A stretch of 61,451 nucleotides of DNA, filler included, from Chiloscyllium plagiosum (lineage: Eukaryota), in the NCBI RefSeq assembly GCF_004010195.1. It is 4 parts of one record of this genome, joined end to end, with 100 filler letters (N's around TTAATTAATTAA, not from the genome) between each part and the next. Parts side by side here need not be neighbours in the genome. Positions count along the whole stretch, not along the records: positions 19,766 to 49,004 come from NC_057714.1; 3 more parts are not named here. One strand, written 5' to 3'. The translations under genes were made by a program, and so were the position numbers. Of this stretch, positions 23,830 to 37,092 are shown piece after piece; position 1 is the stretch's first letter, and each line of letters begins with the position of its first letter. Below the pieces are notes generated by a model that was not told where the DNA came from, searched no databases, and saw only the letters and a program-made list of their open reading frames with translations.

Positions 23830-24250
23830 CTCTCTGGAGTATTGTGTCCAGTCCTGGTCTCCCTGTTATAGAAAGGATATTATTAAGCTGGAAAGGGTTT
23901 GGAAGAGATTTACCAGGATGTTACCGGATATGGAAGGTTTGATTTATAAAAAAAAGGCTGGATAGGTTGGGACGTTTTTCACTGGAGTTTTGTGAGGGGA
24001 GAGATTAAGAAAAGACGGGGGGGGGGGGCAAATGTTTTACCCACATGTGGTTCGCATGTGGAATAAACATGGGGAAGTGGTAGATGTGAACACAGTTACA
24101 ATGTTTAAGAAACTTAGATAAGCATATGGACAAGACGGTTTGGAGGGATATGGGTCAGGAACAGGCAGGTGGGACTAGTTTAGTTTGGGATTATGTTCAG
24201 TGTGAATTGGTTGTTCTGAAAGACCTGTTTCTGTACTGTATGACTCTATG
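23830..24250 (+). mobile_element. CR1 LINE 3' fragment, followed by a PLE-end relic (24250-24350)
   Basis: LEYCVQSWSPCYRKDIIKLERV; CR1 3' UTR. Confidence 0.85.
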
Positions 24251-26134
24251 AAAAAGGATCACTGGACTCAAAATGTTGACTCTGTTTTCTCTCCACAGAT
24301 GTTGCCAGACCTCATGGGTTTCTCCAGCAATTTCTGTTTTTGTTTCAGGCTTAGCTAAACCTGGAGACTGACTATGGGGTCACCAATTACATCCTTAGCA
24401 GACTAACGCTCACAGTGGGAGAAGGTGAGGACTGCAGATGCTGGAGATCAGAGTCGAGAGTGTAGTACTGGTGTGGTGGTGCTTTTCCAGCATTACACTC
24501 TTAACTTTAACAGTAATTAGATTCTTATCAGACAGAAGAAAGCTAGTCCAGCCAAGATTCCTAAATGAATCAGTTTCAACGTAACAAGATAGTTTCTATG
24601 TAATAATTGGTTTGTATCTCTCTGGCCAGGACCATTGTTCATTTGTATGAGAGCAAAGGTGAGCCATCAGAGCCAATTCAGGCATGATCTGTTTCAATAG
24701 CTTCCCTTTCTTCAGAAATGGCAGGGGAAAACATCTCGTCCACTGGTCCTCTGTGTCTGTTGGCCCCAAGGGGCTCACAATGAAGGGGTATGACAGTGCA
24801 AGAGGATCATGTCTGTATTCTGTCCTGGCAACTGCTGATTAGAATCTTTCCAGAAATCGTGGTCAACTGGCATTTGATGTTTTGTCCAGCAGAGTTCATT
24901 TCAAAATTTAAACAAGAAAATCCAGCTTTTAAAACAATTTATGGGCTTCTCCTCATTTCTCATGGACATAGCAACATTCCGAGATTATGAAAGGCACTAT
25001 ATATAAATGCAAAGGATTTTTTTTAACTTCCATTTGCATGGACCACTGCAGTTTGTTGATGGTGTCTGACATTACTGGGAATCTGACTGCAAAAAGACTC
25101 AAAATATCAATTAAACTTGCTGAACTCTGCCTCAGATGTATATTTAGATCACATGTAACTAGATTGCTCGCTTTTAAAAATAACTTTAAATGACTCACAA
25201 GGATTTTTCTCCGCTCGCCACTGGAGTGACTGGCTGCTCCTAAGCTTCCTTAATCCACACTGATAGATCTGTTAAAAATGACAAAAGAAATCTTGGATTT
25301 CATTCAGGCGAACTGCTGGATTTGAAAGGGATGTTCTCTGCCCTCCTACTGTCACAAAAATGCATGTGGAATGCACAGAAAGCATCTGTTTCCTCTCAGG
25401 AACTTTATATTATCAGTGTGCTTTCATCCTCAGGCCATTAGAGTACTCCTTTGTATGGGGGAGGCAGAGGAGCAGGTCAGCCCATTGACAGCTAGCTATT
25501 GAGCAAGAAATGTTTGATAAAATTGTCATGAACTGATTTCTCTTTCAGAACAAAAAAATAAAACGCCAACTCTGAGGCAATTTGGCTGAAGAATCAAATG
25601 GTTGGCAACAGGGCACCACCATTTATGACAATAAACGCTAAGGTCCCATAAAGATTTATAAAGTTTAAAATGGGCAAGATGACAGTCATGCTAACTGTGA
25701 CATTTGGCAAAGTACAATGAGTTCCTCCTGACTAAATTATGCAATTAAAAGGTGGTAGGGGATGTAACAAAGGAACGATACTGTTAAAGTAGAATTGTAA
25801 GGAAATTGTGAGCCTTTAGACTTAACTACAAAATTGAAATATATGGCATTGTCTAATCTAATAAGTAGCATTTTAAAGTTAAACAGACTATACATTGATC
25901 ATTGTTTTGACTTCTCACATGTAATTTTGCAAGTAGTCAATTAACTTCAAGTGGTTTGCTTATAAAATGTTCTGCCTTTATAGTCATGCATTATCTATGT
26001 GGCTATAGGGGTAGTGTATAAAAGGAGGAAAGTGAAGTACAAGGATAGAGAGGTAAATGGTGGAAATTACAGAGCTTGGGGCCAAAGCAACTCAACGCAC
26101 AACTACAAATAGTGAAGCAACTAAAACCATGACT

Positions 26135-26396
26135 TGCTATAGAGGGAGTGTACTGAAGCTTTACTAAATTGATTCCTGGGGTGGCATGACTGACGTATGA
26201 GGATCATATTCACTGGAGCTTAGAAGAAGGGGAGTTCTCATTGAAACCTGTAAAAGTCTAACAGGAATAGATAGATTAGATGGAAGAAGGGTGTTTCCAA
26301 TGGTGAAGGATTCCAGAACCAGGAGTCGCAGTTTAAAGATAAGATGTAAATCTTTTAGGACTGAGATAAAGATAAGTTTCTTAACCTAGAGAGTAG
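26135..26396 (+). mobile_element. CR1 3' ORF fragment
   Basis: Decayed FTKLIPG...RTRSRSLKIR motifs. Confidence 0.7.
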
Positions 26397-26405
26397 TCTT
26401 TGTGG

Positions 26406-29400
26406 CTATACAAAGGCTCTAATCAATATAGCTGACAAGTCTGTGTCTATATAGTTCAAAATGGGCGGCCACGTCTTATAAGAAAAGTTTCATTTTCTGG
26501 TGCACCATACTTATAATGAAGTCTAAGGGGCCATGTTCCATAACTAACCTGCACTGTCCTGATAAGCCCGGGGGATTTTCTGAGATTTAGCTCATCAGAA
26601 TTTTCTTCCTTGCACAATATGTAAGAATATTAAATAGTTTCTTCCCATGCTCATCTAAAGAAGGTAGATTTAGCAGATCCAAGAGGAGAGATATCAGATC
26701 TACCTTGACTTCGGTTCCCAAGATCCCTTCGCAAAACATTTGCCATAGCACCCCAATACCTGCGAAGCTTGTGGCACAATCACAAGCAATGGGTGAGAGT
26801 ACCTGTCTATTTTGCATTTGGGGCATATTGGAGACATTTCTTTTTAAAATTTCACAAGCTGCTCTGGGGCCAAATACGCCTTGTGGAGAACCTTCAGTTG
26901 CATAGCCTGCATTCTATTGCAGATTGAAATCTTTCCCACATTCTCCCAAATGCCATCCCATGCATCTGATGAGATCTCCACTCCCAATTCCTGAGTCCCG
27001 ATCCCGTAGAGCTGTTCAATGTCTTTCGTGACACCACCTCCCAGGAAATGGTAGAGCGTACTAATCGAGAGAATACCTGTGGACGAAGGTACTCTACTTT
27101 CCACATCAGACTTACAGGTATTTACCAACAATGTGGTCTTTTTCTGTATAATGCCCCTAATCTGAAAATAACGAAAGTGGTCCCTAATGGACAATTCATA
27201 TTTATGGCTTAGCTGATCGAAAGACATCATGACCTCACCCTCAAATAAGTCTCCCAAACAGGAAACTCCTCTAGACTCCCAGAACCTAAAGCCAGAACCC
27301 ATCGATCCTGGCCAAAATCCTGGCATTCCTACTGTAGGAGTAAAAAGGGAAGTTTTATATCAATTGCCCTCACTTCGTCACATCATTCTCCATGCTTTAA
27401 CCATATTAATACCACCAGGTTTCTACAATGTTCCATGACAGTCCTCATCTTGTCCATAAACAGCAAACTAATAAGGAGACATTTTGCCTGGGAGGCCTCA
27501 ATGGCCAGCAATATTGACCTCGGATCCTGACAAGCCCAATTATTCACGTAGGATAATAGGTAAGTTATTTGATATCTCTTAGAAATCTGGGAAGGCTACC
27601 CCCCCCCTCCCCCACCCCCGCCCCGTCCATTGCCTGTGGTAGCTGCAGCTTCGCAAGCTTAATGAGAGGCTGCCTGTGGTGCCAGATGAAATAATCGAGC
27701 CAACCTTTAAGTCTCCGCAACGCTTGCCTAGGTAACATCAGAGGGAGCATTTGCATGGGATGTAATAAGCGATGAAGAACATTCATTTCAACTAGAGCTA
27801 TTTTACCCAACCAAGACATTGGTAGAACCTTCCAACGCTGCAGGTCCTGTCTTATCTTCTCAAGCAAATGCGCAAAATTAGCTTTATATAATTGATCAAA
27901 GGCAGGAATAATAAAAAATGCTTAAATATAGAAAACCTCCCTGTGACCACCTGAAAGGGAATCGATTTCACCTTCAAGATTGGGTACTCCCACAAGAAAC
28001 CCCACCCCCATGGGCATGGTCTCCAATTTCATAACGTTGATTTTATACCCTGAGAAACAGCCAAATAATTTAATATTTTGTATTAAACGGGGCACAGATA
28101 TTTTTGGGTTAGAGAGAAAAAGAAGAACATTGTCTGCATAAAGGGTGATTTTATATCCGCCTGATCCAGCCCCTGGGCAATTATATTGGGATCCCTCCAG
28201 ATAGCATCTGCCAATGGCTCAATCACTAATGTGAACATCAGGCACCCTTGTCATCTGCCTCTGCCAATACAAACATTGACAGACGTTACGCCATTAGTAC
28301 GGACTGCTGCCATACGATCACTATATAACACTGCCATCCATCTGGCGAAAATCAAACAGTTCCAGGACATAAAAAAGATACGGCCATACCACCCAGTCAA
28401 ACGCTTTCTCCACATCTAGGGAGACTACCAAGCCTGGAATTGACCTCTGCTGGCATCCCTGGACCATGTTCAGCATTCTTCTAATGTTGTTAGGGGACCT
28501 GCAACCCTTAAAACCTGTCTGGTCCTCCTTTACAATAGAGAGCAATACCTTCTCAAATCTCAGCGCCAGGGTTTTCAATAAAATTTTAAAATCCATGTTT
28601 AGCAGCGAGATGGGCCTGTACAAAGCACAGTCCTCAGGGGCTTTCCCTCTCTTGAGAATAAGTGAGATATTAGCTTCTCTCAGAGAGGACGGGAGGCAGT
28701 CCCAACTGTACAAATAATTGTTCATGTCCAAGATTGGACATATTTATAAACTCCTTATAAAACTCACTCCGAAATCCATCTGGACCGGGTGCTTTACCAC
28801 TTTGGAGCTGCCTCCTGTATCTCTTGGATTGTCTGAGGGGCATTCAAAAGGGACCCTGGTCCAAAGTTACACTGGGAAGGTCCAAGATCTTAAAAAAGGA
28901 CTCCATCTTCGCTAACCTGTCCTCACAGCCCTCCAACTGATACAACTCAGAATTAAAACTTCCTAAAGGCCATGTTAATCTTTTTGGAATCAAATGTGAG
29001 AGCACCAGTACCCTCTCTAATGGATGTGATAGATTGAGTGGGTGGGGTGGGGCGCGTGGAGTGCTGTTCTTCCTGGCCAGATATGCCAGATTATCACCAT
29101 ACTCAAATAGCCTTTGTTCCGCGAAGGAGATCTCTCGCTTTGCTGTCTGGTGAGCATGGGATTCAAAGCAGCCCAGAGAGCTATAATCTGCTGTAGCTCG
29201 GTCACAGACAGCCTGTCAAAGTATGCCGTCTTGGCTGCCTTCAACCGGGCCTCAAGCATACACTGCTGCTCCCCCTTCTGTCACTTCCTGTTCACTGAGT
29301 AAGAGATTGTTATACCCCTTGCATAAGCCCTGGCAGTATCCCAGAGTACCGACGAGGATCTGGCCGTACCAGAATTAATATCGTAGAAAGTTTTAACCTC

Positions 29401-30190
29401 CCAAGAAAAGTACTCAATAAACTTACTGTCCTTCTGGAGAAAAGGATCCGTGCAACAATGCTGCAAACCTGTCCCATTACCTCTGGCCTTAACCTCCAAA
29501 TACATTGCCACATGGTCAGAAATGGCAATGTTCCCAATTCTACAGGACAGTACCGAATCCAAAAAAGCCGGTGGAGCAAAACACATATCAATCCTTGTGC
29601 GGATTAGAAAAAATAAGTAAAGTCCTTACCCTCAGGGTGAAGGCATCTCCACATATCCACCAGCCCCAATTCCCCATATATGTCCTTTGGATTGCGGGAG
29701 GTACCTGGGAGACCCCTGGGCATCCTGTCCACTTCGGGATCCATAAGACAATTCAAGTCTCCCCCTATAATTGTTTGGCACACTCCAAGGGCTATCAATC
29801 TGGAAAGTGCATCCATTTAAAATTTAAGAGGGTGTGCTAGGGGGCAATAAACATTCAAAATACTGTACTCCTCCCCATGTATTATAGCTTTGAGCTTCAC
29901 AAACCACCCATAATCGTCCTTAATTTGGTCTAACAGCTGAAATTGAAGATTCTTCTGAATGAGTATAGCTACTCCCCTGCTTTTAGAATTAAAAGACAAA
30001 AAGAATACCTGGCCAAACACTCCCTGCTGTAACTTTAAATACTCCTTATCGTCTAGATTGTTTCTTGCAACAGAGCGACATCGACCCTCTCTTTTCTAAG
30101 ACACAAAAGTATTTTCTTTCTCTTAATCGATGAGTGAATCCCCTTAATATTCCAGGTGCACCATTTAAACAAGCAACTAGCCATAGCCAT
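26406..30190 (-). pseudogene. L1 ORF2 (APE-RT-CCHC), disrupted
   Basis: CTWNIKGI..LLQET; LNVYCP; IIGGDLN; ISDH; YRPISLLN.DFKIL; SLDVEKAFD; LYADN; CPKC..THC; stop at 26406-26408. Confidence 0.9.
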
Positions 30191-30704
30191 CTGAAACAGC
30201 CTATGACCCCCCCCCCCCCCCAGGGAGGAAGAATCCTATTCATGACACGCTGAGTGGAAACAGTAAAAAATTCATATAATCTAGAAAATACAACGACAAA
30301 AACTACCAAAGCAGAACTTCTAAAACCTACTCCTACAGTAAAACAACATAAAAACAGATAATAGGAGACTTTCCCCCTCGCCCATAGGGGGCACTCACAC
30401 TACCCACTAACACCTCCATGGCTCCTTCTAGCTGAAGCCGTGCCAAAACGCAGACAAAGCAAAAGTAAAGAATACATGTAACTTATAATCAAGGAAATTA
30501 GAAGCGGGCATTCAACTGGTCCCACCCATCATCGATCCCAGTTATCACTCAGAAAAAAAGCCCCACCCCCAAACCAAAAAAAAGAAAAAAGGGAATAATA
30601 ATAAATTAAAGGGAAAAAAATGACTCCCAAATTTTAAAGGAGCAAAACCAGGCAAACAAAGTAAACAACAAAGAAAACAAAGGAAACACTATTGTTTATA
30701 TTGT

Positions 30705-32401
30705 CTATTTTAAAGAGTCTAGGAAATCCTTTGCCTTTTCTGATGAATCAAAAATATGCATGGACTCTCCGTGGCTGAAATGCAACACTGCCAGGTACCT
30801 TACAGAGTTCTGAATATTCAAGTCTCTCAGCCTCTTCCTTACTTCATCAAAGGTCTTCCTCTTGTGGATCACAGTCCTGAAAGAACATAATTTTCAATCC
30901 CTTATAGATCAGGGCCTATAAGTGATCCTTCTCCAGTGTTCCAGGAGCTTCCAATCCCATTTGCTTGTCTCTAAAATACTGAAACCGAACTAGGACCAGG
31001 TGGGGGCGCTTGTCCAATTCTGGCCTACACCCTGAGCCCCCTCAACTCGCACCCGGCCCGCCTTGGCTTCCAGTCCCATGAACTGCAGGAGCCATTGCTG
31101 ATCCCCTTCCACTTGTTTCGGCAACTGAATAATGTGGATATTCTTCCTCTGACCTCGATTTTCAAGATCATCAACCTGCTCCACTAAGGCCCATTCCTGT
31201 TGTCGAGGGCCTGGATCCGTTCCGCTGAGGATTCTGCCACGGTCTCTGACACCACAGTACCCTGCTCGACCTTCTCCATGCGCTGCCTGAATTGAATTGA
31301 ATTGAATTTATTGTCACATGTACCAAGGCACAGTGAAAAACTTTGTCTTGTGAGCAATACAGGCAGATCACACAGTTAAGTAGCATAGATAATAAATAAT
31401 ATGTAAATAGTGGCAAAAATCAAAAACATAGAAACAGGTGAATGTTAAGAGTTTGTGACTTCATTCAGTATTCTAACAACAGTAGGGTAGAAACTGTCTC
31501 GAAACCGGCTGGTGCGTGTGTTCAGACTTCTGTACCTTCTCCTCGATGGTGGAGGTTGTAGGTGGATCTTTGAGAACGGTGGCAGTCTTTCCTTGATAGT
31601 GGGCCTGGTTGATGGATTCTATAGATGGGAGGTTGGCCTTTGTGATTGTCCGAGCCGAGTCCACCACTCTCTGTAACCGCCTCCAATCTTGAATGGTACA
31701 GTTGCCGTACCAGGTTATGATACATCCAGACAGAATGCTCGCGATGCCGCACCTATAAAAGTTGGCAAGGGTATTCGCCGTCATGCCAAATTTCCTCAGC
31801 TGCCTGAGGAATAAGAGATGTTGTTAGGCTTTTGTAACCAGTGCGTCCACATGAAGAGTCCAAGAAAGCTTGTTGTGGGTGACCACTCCCAGGAGCTTGA
31901 CACTTTCCACTCATTCCACCTCTGTGTTGCTAATGTGTCAGGAGGGGATGAGTAACATATTTCAGAAAGGTAATAATTAGTTCCTTGGTTTTGCCGGCAT
32001 TGTGAGCAAGGTTGTTCTCAATGCACCATTTTTCCAGGTCCTCCACCTTCCGTCTGTAGTCTGTTTCGTCGCCATCTGAGATTCAACCGACTATGGTGGT
32101 GTCAGCAGCGAACTTGTAAATGGCATTAGTCTGGTATTTGGCGATGCAGTCATGAGACACTGGATCTCCTCTTCATGCTTTTGCGCATGGCTGAGATCGG
32201 TTCCAGCATAGTCTAGGTCTCCTCCATTGCTGATTCGATCGATCTTCTCACGGAGTTTACCGAATTCCGAAACCAGGCTCTGCTGCGCAGGTAAGTTCAA
32301 AGGAGCTTCCGCGAAGTCGACGCAGTGGCCGTGGGCGGATCCATGACAGCAGGGGAATGCCCTGCTTGTTGCAATCCACACGACCCTTTTCCTATGGTCA
32401 T
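30705..32401 (-). pseudogene. L1 ORF1, disrupted by a Rex1 insertion
   Basis: Coiled coil; VDDLENRGQRKNIHIIQLP; C-terminus FDSSEKAKDFLDSLK*. Confidence 0.85.
31288..32154 (-). mobile_element. Rex1/Babar LINE 3' fragment nested in L1 ORF1
   Basis: YKFAAD; LANFYRCGIASILSGCIITWYGN; (attca)n tail at the 31288 end. Confidence 0.92.
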
Positions 32402-32570
32402 CTTCCCTAAAAGCTAAAAATAATGTATAAAGATTTTGGGGACTTATGATTGCCGATTTTTCTAAAAATGACTAGTAAAGGAAAGGTAAAAGCATCACTT
32501 TGCCTGGGTTGTGGTGCAGAGCTCAGCAAGGCAGACTTATTAGATCACCGCCATCTTGAATCCACCCCCC

Positions 32571-32950
32571 TCACCCTTGTCCATCTTGATGGTAGTGGTC
32601 ATGGCCTTGGTGTCTAAGGAACATTGAAGAATTTTTGCAATACATCTTGTGGATGATATACACTGCTGCTACTGAGCATCAGTGATGGAGGGAGTGTAAT
32701 GTTTGTGGATGTGGTCCAATAAAGCAAACTGCTTTTCCCTGGATAAGTGTTCAGTCCTGAAAGTGTTAAGCTTCTTGAGTGTTACTGGAGCTGCACCTAT
32801 CCTCTCAATGGGGAGTATTCCATCACACTCCCAACATGTAGATGGTGGACAGGTTTTAGGGAGTCAGGAGGTGAGTTACTCATTGCAGGATTCCTGACCT
32901 CTGACCTGCTGTTGTTTCCATTCAATGATAACCCCCCCAGAATGTTGATA
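32571..32950 (-). mobile_element. LINE family B 3' fragment
   Basis: Reverse complement matches 51600-51860 (MEYSPL..GAAP). Confidence 0.8.
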
Positions 32951-34769
32951 GGAGAAGATACAGATTCAGGTTATCAAGTTCGTGGGAATTCAAATTGGCT
33001 GCAGAGAACAAGAGTGACTACATTTAAAAGTACTTCACTGTCGTTGATCATTGGAACAAGAACATGTAGATCATAATCTTGCAGCATATCCTGCCTTTTC
33101 CCTTATCCTATCTGGCATCTTGCCATTTCAGGCAACAAGTTACAAACTTTTTTTCTCTTTCCTTTCAATGTATCAGCCTTTTCATGAACTTCATTCCAGA
33201 AAGATCTTGTTTAATCTTTAGTTTGTTCTCTCTATTCACAAAATTCCATGATCTGTCCACTTTAGCTGTTCCCTTAATGCCTTGAAAATATTTTTCAGTC
33301 TCAGTGAGAGTGTCAACTTCAATTATCTCCTGGAATCTCTCCCGTGAGACTCAAACTCAGCCTTCTGCCTCAACAGCAGTCTCTGCATAGCCAAGGCTGA
33401 AAATAGGACGGCGTTTCCAGCACAGCAAAATGATATCATTTAAATCAAAGCTAACCGACTAAATATGTCAAGAAATCCCATCCCCATTGTTTGAATTAAA
33501 CTTGTCCCTTCAATTCTGGCTGTCCTCTGGTCCTGTGAGAAAGGTTGTAATAATCTGCCACCCAGTGGCACCTGTTGGCATTGCAGATGCGTCCAGATTT
33601 TGTGCAATTGAAAGCCGCATTGTGAAATTAGTTGGGGAGACTAGCTCAATTTTCTGATTTCACCCCTCATGTGCAGAGTAACGCCTTTTCTTTTGTCTTG
33701 TGGTTTTATGCTCACAACCATGATTTTGTGTTCAAGACAGACTGGATGAGGAGTTAAAAAGGTGAACTGTGGCTGCTGGAGATCTGAAACAAAACAGAAC
33801 ATGCTGGAGAAACTCAGCAGGTCTGTTTTGGTTGGAGGAGAAGGCAAGGCAGCAGTCCTCAGGTTTGGGCTTCCTTATAATACTGCTTACTACATATTCA
33901 GATTAAAACCACAATACTTGATATTCAGAGAGATGCCAGGCTCTGACATTCCATAAGACAATTCCATAACCTCTGTCACCTAATGCCATTTGGTCTACTC
34001 ACCTTTTCTCTTTGTTTAGTTTTGCCCACACTGTACTATTTATACCCAGTGAGGAGCAGCTTTTTAACATCATCACAAGATGGCTCCCAGGTCCACAAGC
34101 CCTTTACACAATACCAAGTGGCCAGCATTACATTCATGTTCCATGGACAACTCACCAGTTAGAATGTGGGAAAACAGGCACCATTAAAGATCGTTAAAGG
34201 GCCTCAGTTGTGGTAAGATCACATCTGATTGTTGAGAGAAAGCTGTCCATATTGACATAGGGAACACTGACAGCTTTCATGAGGTGAATAAAATATATAC
34301 AGGACATAGTATAAGGTCAAATCTGGAACTCTACTCAGTTGGGTTCCAATTCCATGTGATCTGACAGCATCCTGACATACTTGTTTATGTATTTGCTCAG
34401 TAGCTACTGCTGGAATTCTGAGACAGCTAAGCCCTTCATTCTACATCTCTTCATCTCCACCACCACACCTTCCACAAGTTTACTTGATTGACAAACTGGT
34501 CAAATTCATGAACTATTCACTTTTTCCAAACAACTCCTACTCTCCGTCCCTTCCTTTTTCCACCCAAGGCATTAATCTCCAACAGCATTCTCAGCTGGAG
34601 GATAGCATATGCATAGGAAATATGTGCTTCCTTAGGATTTCTTTGGAAGGCCAACGCATTAGTGGAATGGGATGACAACTTTGGGCTAGTTTACCCTGAG
34701 ATGAATGCAAAGGAAGTAAAGGCAAACCAAAGAGAAATCAAATTCTAGAGAGAACACTCCAGGAGTTGA

Positions 34770-35333
34770 ATGATTGGTTTGGCCACTTTTGGAATACTCG
34801 TGCAGTTCTGGTGTCCCTGCTATAGGAAGGATGCTGTGAAACTTGAAGGGATTCAGAAAAGATTTACAAGGCTGTTGCCAGGGTTAGAAGGTTTGAGCTA
34901 CAGGGAAAGGCTGAATAGGTTGGGGCTATTTTCCCTCAAGTGTTGGAGACTGAGTGGTGATGTTTTAGAGGTTTAAAAAATCATAAGGGGCATGGATAGA
35001 TTGAGTTGACAATGGCTTTTACCCCGGGTTGCGAGGGTCCAAACTAGAGGGCACAGGTTTAAGGTGAGAGAAGAAAAATTTAATAGGGACCTAAGGTGCA
35101 ACTTTTTCATGCAGAGGGTAGTGCATATATGAACAAGCTTCCAGAGGAAGTGGTGGAGGCTGGTACAATTACAACATTTAAAAGGCATCTGGATAGGTCT
35201 ATGAATAGGAAGGGTTTGAAGGGATATGGGCCAAATACTAGAAAATGGAACTAGATTAATTTAGGATATCTGGTCAGCATGGACGAGTTGGACTAAAGGA
35301 TCTGTTTCTATGCTGTACAGCTCTATGACTCTA
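34770..35333 (+). mobile_element. CR1 LINE 3' fragment
   Basis: VQFWCPCYRKD.VKLEGIQKRFTR; ctatgactct tail. Confidence 0.92.
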
Positions 35334-35789
35334 CTACACCCTCTTGAATAGGAAGACAACAGTCTAAAATTCTCCATCTCATTATTGTCTACATTGCAGT
35401 CTGATTCAGTGCTGCACTGAAAGTGTCAGCTTTAATTATCTCATAAAATCTCTGGTGTTGGACTTGGGCTCACCCTTCTGTTTCATGAAAAGAAAAAGAT
35501 TATTTTGAATACAAACTGGAAAAAGGGGTTTCACTATAACTTCTCGAGTATAAACCTCTCTTTCAGTGGGTACAGGAATCTCTACACTTGTTTCAGTGTG
35601 AGGTACTGAGTTGAGTTAAGCTATCTGAAAACTTGCTATCGCACTCTGCACTTGTGATTTATTAGATTCATAGAGGTCTATAGCACAGAAAAAGGCTCTG
35701 GCCCATTGAGTTGCCACCACTCAAAATAAAACACTAAACTGTTCTAATCCTACTTTCCAACACTTAACCCATATCCTTGCATGCTTTGT

Positions 35790-36590
35790 TGATTGTGAAC
35801 AGGCATTGAGGAGGCAGGAGATGAGTTACTTGCTGTAGGATTCCTAGCCTCTGAATTTTTTGAGTGTTGTTGGTGCTGCACCCATCTAGGCTAATGGGGA
35901 GTATTCCATCACACTGCCGATGTGTGCCTTATCAATGGCGGACTGGCTTTGGGGAGTCAGGAGGCAAGTTACTCACCACATAATACCTTACCTTTGTCCT
36001 GCTCTTGTCAAAGTGGCTGTTTATGTGGCTGGTCCAGTTCAGTTTCTTGTCTGAGGTAATCCCCAGGATGTTAATAATGCAGGTTCCAGTGATGGTAATT
36101 CTGTTGACAAGGGACAATAGTTAGATTCTCTCTTGTTGGAGATAGTCATCGCCTGGCAATTGTGTGGTGTGAATTTTACTTGCAACGTGTCAACTCAAAA
36201 CTGGATGCTGTCCAGGACTTGCTACAATTGGACATGGAATGCTTCAATATCTGAGAAGCAAGGAATGGTGCTGAATACTGTGAAATCAGCAGCAAATATC
36301 CACATTTCCAACTTTATGACAGCGGAAAGGTGATTGATGAAGCAGCTGAAAATGACTACGCCTCAGACACTACTTGATGTCCTGGGCTGAGATGATTTGA
36401 TTCCAACAAACAACCCTGTTCCCACCCCTTCCTTTGTGCTTGGTATGACTCTAAACCTTCCCTTCATTTCCATTGACTTTGCTTTACCAAGTTCCTTGAC
36501 GCCACACCTGGTCTAATGAGGGTTTTATATCAAGAGAGATCAAAGATTCACATTCTGGAGTTTAGCTCTTTTGTCTTTGTTTGAACCAAC
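35790..36590 (-). mobile_element. LINE family B RT/C-terminal fragment
   Basis: FAAD; KKLNWTSHIN; homologous to 53600-54200. Confidence 0.8.
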
Positions 36591-37092
36591 TGGCTTTACA
36601 AATTGAAAGTCGATCAGTTTAAGTACATTTGATTCACCATTTTTTCCTGGCTATTGTCAGTTTAAAAAGGACACTTGGATAATTTAAATTAGTTTAAATG
36701 AGGTGAGATCAATCAAATTAGGGACTCGATTAATCCCTTCAAACTATATAATTCAAATATGTATGCCCATGAAATGTACAGGCAGTCGATTCTCGACACT
36801 CTGACTCCAGGCCTCACGAAGGCAATAGAGTCTGGATGTAGATTTCGTCAGACGTCCACCAGGTCAAAGGCCTTGACCAAGTCCCTCAGCCTGCTCTCTG
36901 ATGCCAAACCAGACTGGGCACCGCCATAGTCCCTGCCCTCTGGCCCACCCCCACCCCCTCCCCAATGACAACGCACTAGGCATTGACAATGGAGGTGAGG
37001 TGAGCAAACACTTCTCCAAAGAGGTGCATTTGCCTTGGCCCGACCAGAGGAGCATATAAGTTCACAAAGTGAAGCACTGCACTCCCCCGTCC

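Larger units (their letters stand above)
26397..32570 (-). mobile_element. Near full-length L1-clade LINE (5' UTR, ORF1, spacer, ORF2), inactivated
   Basis: 5' end GGGGGGTGGATTCAAGATGGCG; ORF1 and ORF2 motifs in the expected order; many stops and frameshifts. Confidence 0.92.

Noticed and set aside
24630..24790. Two small plus-strand exon candidates
   Set aside because: The intervening intron would be under 60 nt and the peptides are unrecognisable
6416..26000. Divergent NOSIP gene, as next to human PRRG2
   Set aside because: No MTRHGKN-like coding exon was spotted by eye on the plus strand; synteny not supported here
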